Below are positions 10,335 through 19,122 of a DNA stretch of 64,000 nt, in pieces. Below the pieces are notes generated by a model, which saw only the letters and a program-made list of their open reading frames with translations, had not been told where the DNA came from and did no database searches. Position 1 is the stretch's first letter; each line of letters begins with the position of its first letter. A program made the position numbers and the translations under genes. Source of the stretch: Acidimicrobiia bacterium (GTDB taxonomy: Bacteria; Actinomycetota; Acidimicrobiia; Acidimicrobiales; Bin134); the NCBI GenBank assembly GCA_022825005.1, contig JAJDYU010000085.1:126947-190946 (forward strand), written 5' to 3'.

Positions 10335-11516
10335 TCAGGCGATTGTCACCATGAGCTGTTCGAAGCGGCGGATGGAGGCATAGGGGACCCACTCAGGCTC
10401 GGCCGCTAATTCCATGCGGGGGTGGCGCTCCAGCAGCATCGGGAAGGCCACCTGGCCTTCCAAGCGGGCCAGCGCCGCACCCAGGCAATAGTGGATTCCC
10501 TGGCCGAAGCTCATCAGCTTGCCTCCGGGGCGGCGGATATCGAAACGGTCGGGAACATCGAAGGCGCCTGGGTCGCGATTGGCTGCCAGGGACATAGTGG
10601 TGACGGTCTCCCCGGCTTCTACCGGAACACCGAACAAGTCCAAAGACTCGGCGGCATCCCTGCCCGACCCCAGCACCGGCGCCTCGAAGCGGAGGATCTC
10701 GTCAACCGCCTGGGCGGCCAGATCCGGATTGTCCGAGAGCAATGCTCGTTGGTCCCGGTGGGTAAGCAGCAATGCGGCACCGGTCATCAGCATGGAGCGG
10801 GTTGTGTCATGCCCGGCGAAGAGCAGGTTCTCCACCATGGCCACCAATTCGGCCTCGCTGAGGACATCCCCGTCAGCCTCTGCGGCGATCAAGCCGCTGA
10901 GCAGGTCCTCACCCGGGTGGGCCCTCCGATCGGCTACGAGTTCGGCAACGTAGCCGTTGAGTCCGGTGATGGCGGCTTCCAGGCGGGACATCAGCTCGGG
11001 GGTGTGGACCGAAGAGAAAACCAATCCAAGGTCGGCGGTCCACGCCGCAAAGCGGCGATGGTCGCCAGGGGGAACCCCCAGCATGGCTGCCATAACCCTG
11101 ATGGGCAGCTCGTGGGCAAATCCGGCCACCAGGTCCACAGCGTCGCCACCCAGCCCGGTCACCAATTCCTCGGTGATATCCACCACGCGGGGACGAAGGG
11201 ACTCCACCGCCCGAGGGGTGAACGCCCGGCTGACCAAACGACGCAGGCGGGTGTGCTCTGGCGGGTTGGCCGAGAACATGACCTGACCCCACCAATCGGC
11301 AATTGGCCCCTCGGTAATCCCTCGGGGAGCCAGCAGGTCGGTGGTTAAGAATCGGGGATCTCGCAGCACCGACTCCACCGCGTCGAAGCTAAGGGCGATC
11401 AAGCCCCCGTCGACTCCCCGGGCCAGCGGATGCCGGTTCCGGGCTTCGGCCAGCACCGGATAGGGGTTCGACCAGAAAGCCGGATCAGTGAGGTCTACAA
11501 CAGCGAGTTCGTCCAC
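10335..11516 (-). CDS. Cytochrome P450
   Basis: 393 aa. Heme loop FGQGIHYCLGAALARLE and I-helix AGHDTT. Confidence 0.9.
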   Translation of the reverse strand: MDELAVVDLTDPAFWSNPYPVLAEARNRHPLARGVDGGLIALSFDAVESVLRDPRFLTTDLLAPRGITEGPIADWWGQVMFSANPPEHTRLRRLVSRAFTPRAVESLRPRVVDITEELVTGLGGDAVDLVAGFAHELPIRVMAAMLGVPPGDHRRFAAWTADLGLVFSSVHTPELMSRLEAAITGLNGYVAELVADRRAHPGEDLLSGLIAAEADGDVLSEAELVAMVENLLFAGHDTTRSMLMTGAALLLTHRDQRALLSDNPDLAAQAVDEILRFEAPVLGSGRDAAESLDLFGVPVEAGETVTTMSLAANRDPGAFDVPDRFDIRRPGGKLMSFGQGIHYCLGAALARLEGQVAFPMLLERHPRMELAAEPEWVPYASIRRFEQLMVTIA

Positions 11517-11524
11517 AGTCGCTA

Positions 11525-12388
11525 TTGTCCCCCGGCATGGAATTACTTCCCAGCCCTGAGCCGTTTATCCAGGGAATCGATTTCGGTGAGGGTCCCCGAT
11601 GGCACGACGGCCGTCTCTGGTACTCCGACTTCTACCAGTACTCCGTGAATGCTGCCTCGCTGGACGGCACCGTCGAGGTGATCGTGGAGGTTCCCGGTCA
11701 ACCATCGGGTTTGGGGTGGATGCCCGACGGCGACCTCCTGGTGGTGTCGATGCGGGACCGCCGGGTCATGCGCTACGACGGCGTGGCCCTCCATGAGCAT
11801 GGCGACCTCTCCGAGATAGCCACCTCGCTCTGCAACGACATGACAGTGGACGCCGAGGGGCGGGCATACGTGGGAAACTTCGGATTCGACTTGCACGGTG
11901 GAGAGGAATTTGCCCCCGCCACTCTCGGGCTGGTGCAGACCGACGGCACGACGGAGGCCGCTGCTGACGGCCTGGCGTTTCCCAACGGAGCGGTCATCAC
12001 GCCCGACGGCACCACCTTTATCGTGGGAGAGAGCTTCGCCAGCCAATTCACCGCGTTCGATTTCGGGCCCGAGGGACGGCTGGAGAATCGGCGGCTGTGG
12101 GCCGCGGTGCCGGGCACCATTCCCGATGGCTGTTGCTACGACGCCGAAGGAGGCATCTGGTACGCCGACGCCATAGGACGAGCCGCCCTGCGTGTGGTCG
12201 AAGGCGGCGAGATCACCCACCGAGTAGAGACAGAACTCAATTGCTTCGCAGTGATGCTGGGAGGCGACGACCGCCGCACGCTCTTCCTGGTCACTGCACC
12301 GGGCTCGCATCCCGATGAGGTTCAGGGAATTGGGCAGGGGCGAATTGAGTCGGTGCCGGTGGAGATCCCCGGTGTTGGGCTTCCCTAG
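11525..12388 (+). CDS. SMP-30/gluconolactonase/LRE family protein
   Basis: 287 aa. GEGPRWHDGRLWYSD and a repeated beta-propeller-like pattern. Confidence 0.8.
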   Translation: MSPGMELLPSPEPFIQGIDFGEGPRWHDGRLWYSDFYQYSVNAASLDGTVEVIVEVPGQPSGLGWMPDGDLLVVSMRDRRVMRYDGVALHEHGDLSEIATSLCNDMTVDAEGRAYVGNFGFDLHGGEEFAPATLGLVQTDGTTEAAADGLAFPNGAVITPDGTTFIVGESFASQFTAFDFGPEGRLENRRLWAAVPGTIPDGCCYDAEGGIWYADAIGRAALRVVEGGEITHRVETELNCFAVMLGGDDRRTLFLVTAPGSHPDEVQGIGQGRIESVPVEIPGVGLP

Positions 12389-12408
12389 AGGATCAAGGAG
12401 CTTCAATC

Positions 12409-13155
12409 ATGAGATTTTCCGGAAAGGTCGCATTGGTCACCGGTGCTGGGTCGGGCATCGGCCAGGCCACCGCGATACGGCTGGCCAGCGAGGGGGCCGT
12501 GGTGGTGGGTAGCGACATCAACCAAGCGGGACTTGAGGAAACCGCAGGGATGATTGCCAGTGGCGTCGATTTCCAGCCCGTCGTATCCGACGTGCGTTCT
12601 CGGGATGCTTGCCATGAACTGGTGGACTCAGCGGTTGCCAATCACGGGCGCCTTGATGTGTTGTGCAACGTCGCCGGTGTGGCCCGGGGCCACCGGGTGG
12701 AACATGTTGATCAGGAAGCCTGGGATCTGATCATGGGTGTGAACGTTGAGGGGGTGTTCTGGATGTCACAGGCTGCCCTCCCCCACTTGGAGACATCGGA
12801 CGGCTGCATTGTGAACATCGCCTCCAATGCGGGGCTGATGGGGCAGGCCTACACCGTGCCCTACTGCGCCAGCAAGGGAGCGGTGGTTTTGATGACTAAG
12901 GCCATGGCCATGGAGACGATGAAGACCGGGGTTCGGGTCAATGCGATTGCTCCCGGAGGTGTGGAAACCAATTTGATGGAGACCTTCACATTTCCCAAAG
13001 ACCCTGATCCAGACCTCATGGGACGCTACCTGGGATTCCGCGGCCAGGCTCAAGCCAACGACATCGCTTCTTTAGTGGCGTACATCGCCTCCGACGATGG
13101 CCATCGGATCCATGGCTCGGTGCTGAGCATTGACGCCGGAATGACCGCGGGATGA
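12409..13155 (+). CDS. SDR family oxidoreductase
   Basis: 248 aa. VALVTGAGSGIG, NIASNAG, YCASKGAV. Confidence 0.9.
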   Translation: MRFSGKVALVTGAGSGIGQATAIRLASEGAVVVGSDINQAGLEETAGMIASGVDFQPVVSDVRSRDACHELVDSAVANHGRLDVLCNVAGVARGHRVEHVDQEAWDLIMGVNVEGVFWMSQAALPHLETSDGCIVNIASNAGLMGQAYTVPYCASKGAVVLMTKAMAMETMKTGVRVNAIAPGGVETNLMETFTFPKDPDPDLMGRYLGFRGQAQANDIASLVAYIASDDGHRIHGSVLSIDAGMTAG

Positions 13156-13943
13156 CCTGGGATCCAACCGGGCAACGAGTGCTGGTCACCGGCGCCTCGT
13201 CCGGCATCGGGGCTGCTCTCGCGGTTGAACTGGGCCGGGCAGGGGCGTTTGTGGGCCTGGCCGCCCGCCGAGGCGACCGCCTCGAACGAGTTCTCGAAGA
13301 AGTGCGAGATGCGGGCGGCGATGGCTGCTGGTGGACGCTCGACTTGGGTGACTTGGAAAGCGTGGCGCCGTTTGCCGATCGGGCCTGGACCGAAATGGGT
13401 CCCATCGACGTGCTGGTGAACAACGCCGGTGCCCCGCGGCGGCGGTCCATGAAGCGTCTCACTCCCGCGGAGTTGGACGAAACAATGGCGGTGAACTTCA
13501 CCGGGTCGGCTCGGCTCACTCTGGCCCTGCTGCCCTACATGCTGGAGCGGGACTCGGGGGCCATTGTGAATGTCTCCTCCATGGGGACCCAATCGATGTC
13601 GTTTCGAACTGGGGCCTATGGGGCGGCCAAAGCCGCCTTGAACCTATTCACTGAGGGACTCTATTTCGATCTGGCCGGGACTGGAGTTCGGGCCCATCTG
13701 TTCACCCCGGGAGCCACCGCCACCGAGTTTTCCACTCCCAAACCGGGGAACGACGACCCGTTCCCACAGCCTCCTGACGCGTTCATGGACCCCGTAGATG
13801 TGGCCAAAGCGCTGATTGCCAAGCTGGGAAACAATGATTTCGAGGGATTTGCCGCACCGGCCCTGCTACAGACCGCTCAGGCCAAGCGAGCCGACCCCAA
13901 CGGCTTCCTCGTTCAGGCGATCGAGATGATGGGTCGGCGCTAG
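13152..13943 (+). CDS. SDR family oxidoreductase
   Basis: 263 aa. VLVTGASSGIG, YGAAKAAL. ATGA start/stop overlap with the upstream SDR. Confidence 0.9.
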   Translation: MTWDPTGQRVLVTGASSGIGAALAVELGRAGAFVGLAARRGDRLERVLEEVRDAGGDGCWWTLDLGDLESVAPFADRAWTEMGPIDVLVNNAGAPRRRSMKRLTPAELDETMAVNFTGSARLTLALLPYMLERDSGAIVNVSSMGTQSMSFRTGAYGAAKAALNLFTEGLYFDLAGTGVRAHLFTPGATATEFSTPKPGNDDPFPQPPDAFMDPVDVAKALIAKLGNNDFEGFAAPALLQTAQAKRADPNGFLVQAIEMMGRR

Positions 13944-15298
13944 TCGATTCTTGAGAAGGTGCGTCCGGGGAACAGGTCCACGACTGGCTTCCACAGATAC
14001 TCAAGGCGCCAAGCCCGGCGAGCCAGATAGCGGAGCAACTCCTCCTCATTTCCCGCACTCTGATCTTGAATGGCCTTATCCAGGTCCATCAGTCCGTCTT
14101 CGAGCGTGTCCGCCCTCCGGCCAATCAGCGCCGCGATCTCGTCCAATTCGATGTCGGCGAGCTGGGGACCGAGCTGCTTCTGCCGGTCCAGGCACTCAAC
14201 CAACAAGGTGGCGTGCTCGAGGCGATGGCGCGGGAAGTCGCCGTCTACTGCGGGCAGTATCTCGTCGCGCAGATTCTGGATCACCACTCCTTCCAGAGAG
14301 GACCCCATTTCAACCTGGGGCAGCTCTGGCCGCTGCAATTCGATTCCCATGGCATCGGCCAGCGCCTCACAGGTGGCCCGCTCACAGATGTAGCGGTAGG
14401 CCCAGTTCATGGCGTTGGGCATCTGGGGGTCATTGATCACCGTTATGCGAGCCAGTGACACGATGGATCGCACGAACTGCTGCACCCGGTAGTAGCGAAC
14501 CGAGTCGAGATGTACCGGGATTCCGGACAGCTCTTCGTACCGACGGAAGAGGGGGCCAAGACCTTCGTCGGGGGTCGAAGGACAGTAGAACTCCCGGGTG
14601 CAGATGTTGCCGAAGTCCTCCATGGGATCGCCGAAATGAGCCCACTCCCAGTCGACGATGGCGCTCACCTGCCCATCGTTGAACATGAAGTTGGCCGGTC
14701 CGGTGTCGCCCTGCAAGAGGCTCACCCTTTCGAGGCGCTCGGGAACATTGTTCCTGATCCACCGGAGCGAATAGGTGTACAGCGGGTCAGTGACCATGCC
14801 GCCGAGGAACTGCTCCACGAAGTCGATCTCGCCCAGCGCGCACTCGGCCGAGGTGGTGGGAATGGGCATGTGGTCAAGCCCCAGCGAGTTGGGATCCAGC
14901 AAGTGAAGCATCACCAGCTGCTGGATGAAGTCCTCGAGCACCGCGGCCTGCTCTTGGGGGTCGGCGTTGTCCAAGTCGGCCCGCCCCGGCATTCGTTGGT
15001 GCAACGCGGCTTGGAGATCCTCGTTCCAGGCGCAGATAGCAGGCACCTTCATTCCGGTTTCCACCAGCGCGGTCTGCACCTTGGCCTCACTCTTCACCGA
15101 ATGGGTGCCGCTGCCGTCTCCTTCGCGGTCGAGCCGCAGAAAGTACTCGGCTACCGACCCGTCGGGCCGGGTCACATCCACCACCCATGCCTCCCGCCGA
15201 GCGATGTGGCGCTTCAGATGGGTTATCCGGCCGCCACCCGCCCCGGCGATCCAGTCGGTCATCCCATCGGGCAAATCGTGATTGAACTCCTCAGCCAT
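13940..15298 (-). CDS. Phosphotransferase (APH/choline-kinase-like) family protein
   Basis: 452 aa. LLQGDTGPANFMF...IVDWEWAHFGDPMEDF kinase-fold motifs. Confidence 0.8.
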   Translation of the reverse strand: MAEEFNHDLPDGMTDWIAGAGGGRITHLKRHIARREAWVVDVTRPDGSVAEYFLRLDREGDGSGTHSVKSEAKVQTALVETGMKVPAICAWNEDLQAALHQRMPGRADLDNADPQEQAAVLEDFIQQLVMLHLLDPNSLGLDHMPIPTTSAECALGEIDFVEQFLGGMVTDPLYTYSLRWIRNNVPERLERVSLLQGDTGPANFMFNDGQVSAIVDWEWAHFGDPMEDFGNICTREFYCPSTPDEGLGPLFRRYEELSGIPVHLDSVRYYRVQQFVRSIVSLARITVINDPQMPNAMNWAYRYICERATCEALADAMGIELQRPELPQVEMGSSLEGVVIQNLRDEILPAVDGDFPRHRLEHATLLVECLDRQKQLGPQLADIELDEIAALIGRRADTLEDGLMDLDKAIQDQSAGNEEELLRYLARRAWRLEYLWKPVVDLFPGRTFSRID

Positions 15299-15372
15299 CC
15301 CGATGGCTTAGCACGCCGCTACCCCGCAGGCCGCTTTCCCCATAGGGCAATCCAAAGGCCTACGATGCAGGT

Positions 15373-15693
15373 ATGAGCGAAGAGCGGGTATTCGGCGAGG
15401 TCGCCACCAAGCTGCTGATGGAAAACGACCGGGTGAAGATTTGGGAGATGCGTCTGGATCCTGGCGAGCGGTCGGATCTTCACCGGCACAACCACGACTA
15501 TGTGCTGGTGCAGGTGTCGGGCGACAAGATTGCGGGAGACTTCGAGCCGGACACAGCCGGGGAATTCTCCGGACTGGTTGAAGGCGACGTGATCCCCGGT
15601 CAGCCCATGTTCATCTCCAAGGGTGGTATAGAGACCGCGGTCAATACCGGCACCGAGCCCTACTACGAGATCCTGATCGAGCTGAAAGACTGA
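15373..15693 (+). CDS. Small cupin-domain protein
   Basis: 106 aa. VKIWEMRLDPGERSDLHRHNHDYVLVQVSG. Confidence 0.6.
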   Translation: MSEERVFGEVATKLLMENDRVKIWEMRLDPGERSDLHRHNHDYVLVQVSGDKIAGDFEPDTAGEFSGLVEGDVIPGQPMFISKGGIETAVNTGTEPYYEILIELKD

Positions 15694-15770
15694 GCTCCCC
15701 AACAACTCACCAACAGCCGCACGATGCGGCGTACGCCTGGCGGCTGCTGGTAACTCTGCTTGCTGGTCAG

Positions 15771-17075
15771 GTGGTGTTCGGCTCCACCATGACCATCATT
15801 GGAGCCTCGCTAACGGACATCTCGGAGAGTCTGGACACCACCAACGCCACTTTGTCGTGGGCTGTCTCTGCACCGTTCCTCGGGTTGGCTGCGGGCACCA
15901 CGGTTTTCGGGACCCTAGGCGACTCGTGGGGCCACCGTCGGATGCTGATCCTCGGCTTGACAGTGTTCACCGCAGCTACGGGAGTGTGCGGGTTGGCTTG
16001 GGATCCCTTGAGTTTCATTGCCTTTAGGGCGTTGTTCGGGCTGGGTGGAGCCATGATGATCCCCAACGGGATGGCCATCATGATGGCTGCGTTTCCGGTC
16101 AATCAACGGGCTAGGGCCATGGGCTGGTTCCAGTTCGCGGCCGTAGGAGGACCAGCCATCGGCTTGGTCACCGGCGGTGCTCTGGTGGATGCGCTGGGAT
16201 GGCGGGCGATCTTCGCGGTCTATACCCCCATCGCCGCGCTCGGCCTGATTGCGGCCCTCATCGTGGTGCGTCCTACCCGTGCTGGCGAGGCCAAGCCGGT
16301 CGACGTCACGGGCGCGCTCAGTTTGGTGGCTGCGGTAGTCGTCTTGATGGTGGCTCTGGACCGCGGTGCCACCCTGGGCTTCGGACACCCAGTGGCATTA
16401 GTTCTCTTGGCCCTCGTGCCAGCAACCATCTGGTTTTTCGTGACCATCGAGCGGTACTCAGCTCATCCGATGGTCCCGCTCGAGTGGTTCCGACGCCGGA
16501 ACTATGCCGGGCCGGTGGTGGCCTCGGCCACGGCCAACGCGGCCTACATGGGCGGTTTCATCCTCGCGCCCCAGATCTTGCAGCAGCGTTATGGGTACAC
16601 GCTGACCGCGGCGACTGTTTTTCTGGTAGTACGGCTGATCTTCTTCAGCCTCAGCTCGCCGGTGGGCGGTCGGCTGACCGCAACTAGGGGTGAGCGGTGG
16701 ACGTCCTGTTTGGGCAGCGTGCTGGTGGTTTTGGCCATGGTGTCTTTTGCCGCGGGATCGCTGGTTGATGGCGTTGTGCTAGTCGTGCTGGGCCTTGCCA
16801 TGGCCGGCGCAGGACTGGGGGTGGCTGGGCCGGCGTATCAGGTGTCGGTAGTGGGGTCAGTTCCGATGGACCGCCTTGGAGCGGCAACCGGGATGTTCCA
16901 GACGATCACCAGCCTGGGTACAGCCGCGGGAGTCCAGGTGCTGGTACTGGCCGTGGGAGAAAGTGGCACTGGAGCAGCTTTTGCCAACGCCTTTTGGCTG
17001 GGCGCGGCGGTAGCCGCGGTCGGGGTCTTCGGCGCTGCCGCTATTTCTTCAACAAACTCCGCGGTGGCGGGATGA
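15771..17075 (+). CDS. MFS transporter (DHA2/EmrB-like); the 5' end is probably upstream of the track start
   Basis: 434-aa multi-TM ORF. The in-frame upstream sequence SSPTTHQQPHDAAYAWRLLVTLLAGQ completes TM1, but the only start-like codon there is CTG 15690 (see findings). Confidence 0.85.
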   Translation: MVFGSTMTIIGASLTDISESLDTTNATLSWAVSAPFLGLAAGTTVFGTLGDSWGHRRMLILGLTVFTAATGVCGLAWDPLSFIAFRALFGLGGAMMIPNGMAIMMAAFPVNQRARAMGWFQFAAVGGPAIGLVTGGALVDALGWRAIFAVYTPIAALGLIAALIVVRPTRAGEAKPVDVTGALSLVAAVVVLMVALDRGATLGFGHPVALVLLALVPATIWFFVTIERYSAHPMVPLEWFRRRNYAGPVVASATANAAYMGGFILAPQILQQRYGYTLTAATVFLVVRLIFFSLSSPVGGRLTATRGERWTSCLGSVLVVLAMVSFAAGSLVDGVVLVVLGLAMAGAGLGVAGPAYQVSVVGSVPMDRLGAATGMFQTITSLGTAAGVQVLVLAVGESGTGAAFANAFWLGAAVAAVGVFGAAAISSTNSAVAG

Positions 17076-17079
17076 ACGG

Positions 17080-17628
17080 TCAGCTCTGGCCGGTCAACGC
17101 GGTCAGGACCTTGGGCGCCATGATCTCGGCGAGCTCCAGGCACTCTTCTTTGGACCAGATGGCGATGGGTACCCATGGATAGTCGACGGTGAGAAACTCA
17201 TAATCGGGGCAACCGCTCACTCGGGCGATGGCCTGGGCCGATCCCCTCATCTCCTCATGGACGATGGCGATGCTGGGAACACCGGCCCACTCCAACTCCA
17301 CTGCGTCCCGCAAACTGCGGGCACTACAGCTGCCTCAACCGCCGAAGCCGGTGATGGCGACGGTTGCCTCCTCGGTCAACCGACTCCAGTCTCCCGGATC
17401 AGGGGGAATGGACACCGAGCTCTTTACCACCTTGAGCGGGGCTTGCAGATCGCTCAACTTGTTCAGCTCGTCATAGAGCGCATCCAGGAAGATCTCCCCC
17501 TCGCCGAGGCCGTTGGCCACCAAAGCGACGACCGCCCCGTCCAAGCTGGCCGGCCGGGGATAGAAATTATGGTCGTCGGTGCGGTCGAACAGGCCCGACG
17601 TTGGGTCGAGGCCGATGAGGGTCGTCAT
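17080..17628 (-). CDS. Selenoprotein candidate with a U-G-S-C motif (UGSC-type (seleno)protein). The in-frame TGA at 17335..17337 is read as Sec.
   Basis: Track ORFs 17335..17628 and 17080..17313 share one frame. They are separated only by TGA plus 7 sense codons. Read-through gives ...VAITGFGG-U-GSCSARSLRDAVELEW... A hairpin lies 11 nt downstream. The second ORF has only a TTG and no SD. Confidence 0.7.
17303..17324 (-). promoter_or_regulatory. Candidate bacterial SECIS hairpin
   Basis: RNA GUGCCCGCA-GUU-UGCGGG(A)CGC. It forms 9 bp with one bulged A and a GUU apical loop. It starts 11 nt 3' of the UGA. Confidence 0.5.
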
Positions 17629-17667
17629 GGCTTCAGACTAGCCGACAAGCGTGCGTCCGGGCAGCGG

Positions 17668-18651
17668 CTAGGAAACAGGCTCGGTGATGGCGAGGGCTAG
17701 GTGGGGAAGCAGGAGCCAGCTGGCTCCCATGCCCGCTCCCCCGGCGGCCACGATCAAGATGCCCTCGGGTTTACCGATGCGGGCCATCCGGTCGGTGGCG
17801 CTGGTGGCCGGCGCGTTGAGACGGGGCCACAGATACTGCTGGATGTCAGCCTTCGACCACCCTTCCTCGACGAAGAACCGATGGTGCTCGTGGCCGACCA
17901 CGATGACGACGTTGCCGTCCTCACCCAGCCATGCATCTCCCGCGATCCCGTTGGCCCGGATATTGGTGACCAGCGTGTCGCACACCCCCTCGGCATTGCG
18001 ACTGGTGAAATCGGTGGCCTCGACCATCTTCATCAGGGAGTGGACGGTGACCGCGCTTTGCTCAGGAGCTAGCCCCCGTTGGACGTGCAGCGGTTCCCAG
18101 TCGGAGGCCTCCTCGTTCTCCCCGAAACAGAAGGAGTACCGGGCTGGGGTGGAGTAGCTGGCCCGGTCCAAGAAGCCGGGGATGCCCCGGCACACGTTGC
18201 GGATCACCAGGCGGAGGGCCCGTCCGATGGTGGCGTTGGCCCGAAATCCTGGTCCGAAGCAGCCTGCCCCTGAAGCCACGCCCAGCTCATTGCGGATTGG
18301 TCCGTTGATGATGACAGCCTGAGCTGCGCCCGACAGCGTGCCGGTGGTGGAGTGGCAGTTGCCCTTGGGCTGGAGATGGGCCCGAACCGCGGCCACCACC
18401 GTTGGGAAGTACTCGGGCAAACAGCCGGCCATGACCGCGTTCGCCGCGGCTTGTTCCGCGGTACACGTCACCTCTCGGGTTGGCACAGTGCCAAGCACCT
18501 CGTCCCCGGAGAGTCCGGCGCACTCCAGAAAGGCGGCCACCTTTTCCGGTGTTGGAGGCATGATGGGCAGCCCATCAGTCCATCCCTTTTCGAAATAATC
18601 CTCCACCAAGGCTTCATAGGAGTCATAGGCGTGCTGGGCGGCCGTCGTCAT
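17668..18651 (-). CDS. Conserved hypothetical protein (327 aa, no family recognised)
   Basis: Clean ORF lying between the lrp-type regulator (9-nt gap) and the selenoprotein candidate (39-nt gap). Motifs: GWTDGLPIMPPTPEKV, GNCHSTTGTLSGA, GAGCFGPGFRANATIGRALR. Confidence 0.7.
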   Translation of the reverse strand: MTTAAQHAYDSYEALVEDYFEKGWTDGLPIMPPTPEKVAAFLECAGLSGDEVLGTVPTREVTCTAEQAAANAVMAGCLPEYFPTVVAAVRAHLQPKGNCHSTTGTLSGAAQAVIINGPIRNELGVASGAGCFGPGFRANATIGRALRLVIRNVCRGIPGFLDRASYSTPARYSFCFGENEEASDWEPLHVQRGLAPEQSAVTVHSLMKMVEATDFTSRNAEGVCDTLVTNIRANGIAGDAWLGEDGNVVIVVGHEHHRFFVEEGWSKADIQQYLWPRLNAPATSATDRMARIGKPEGILIVAAGGAGMGASWLLLPHLALAITEPVS

Positions 18652-18660
18652 GCTCTGATG

Positions 18661-19122
18661 CTAAAGCTCGTGGCGGGTGGTCTCCCATACAGAACGGATG
18701 GCAAAACTGGATCGGAGGCGGCCCACACCGCTGAAGCGGGACAGATATTGATTGTGGATCCGCTCAAAGTCGCGCTGGTCGGCCACCGCGAGGTGGAGGA
18801 GATAGTCCGCGTCACCGGCCATCAAGTGGCAGGACATGACCTCGGGGCACTCCACTACCTCCTTCTCGAACTGGCGCAGATTGGCCTCGCTCTGGCTCAC
18901 CAAGGAGATCTCGACGAAGACATCTAGAGAGCGGTTGATGGCTTCGGGATCGAGGATCATCACGTACCCGGCAATCACCCCGTCGGCTTCGAGCCGCCGG
19001 ACCCGCCGATAGCAAGCTGACGGCGAGAGCCCCACCCGGTCGGCGAGTTCTGCATTGGACATCCGCGCATCGCTCTGGAGCTCGTTGAGGATTGATCGAT
19101 CGATTGGATCCAACTCCGACAC
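18661..19122 (-). CDS. Lrp/AsnC family transcriptional regulator (AldR-like)
   Basis: 153 aa. DRSILNELQSDARMSNAELADRVGLSPSACYRRVRRLEADGVI HTH plus a RAM domain. Divergent from ald. Confidence 0.9.
   Translation of the reverse strand: MSELDPIDRSILNELQSDARMSNAELADRVGLSPSACYRRVRRLEADGVIAGYVMILDPEAINRSLDVFVEISLVSQSEANLRQFEKEVVECPEVMSCHLMAGDADYLLHLAVADQRDFERIHNQYLSRFSGVGRLRSSFAIRSVWETTRHEL

Noticed and set aside
5946-15376. Long antisense ORFs: 5946..6668(+), 7377..8216(+), 8745..9305(-), 10422..11348(+), 11543..12406(-), 13016..13592(-), 14510..15376(+)
   Set aside because: Each fully overlaps a gene with clear family motifs on the opposite strand. The sequences are Arg/Gly/His/Pro-rich without motifs. 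This is an expected artefact of high GC.
15691-15760. Read-through of the cupin gene's TGA (15691..15693) as a second Sec codon
   Set aside because: The read-through product is only ~21 aa of low-quality sequence before TAA. There is no redox motif around the UGA and no downstream hairpin.
17080-17313. Annotating 17080..17313 (77 aa) and 17335..17628 (97 aa) as two independent small genes
   Set aside because: They share one frame and are separated by only TGA plus 7 codons. The downstream piece has only a TTG and no SD. The junction reads GG-U-GSC and has a downstream hairpin. A single Sec-containing CDS is the better model, though unproven.
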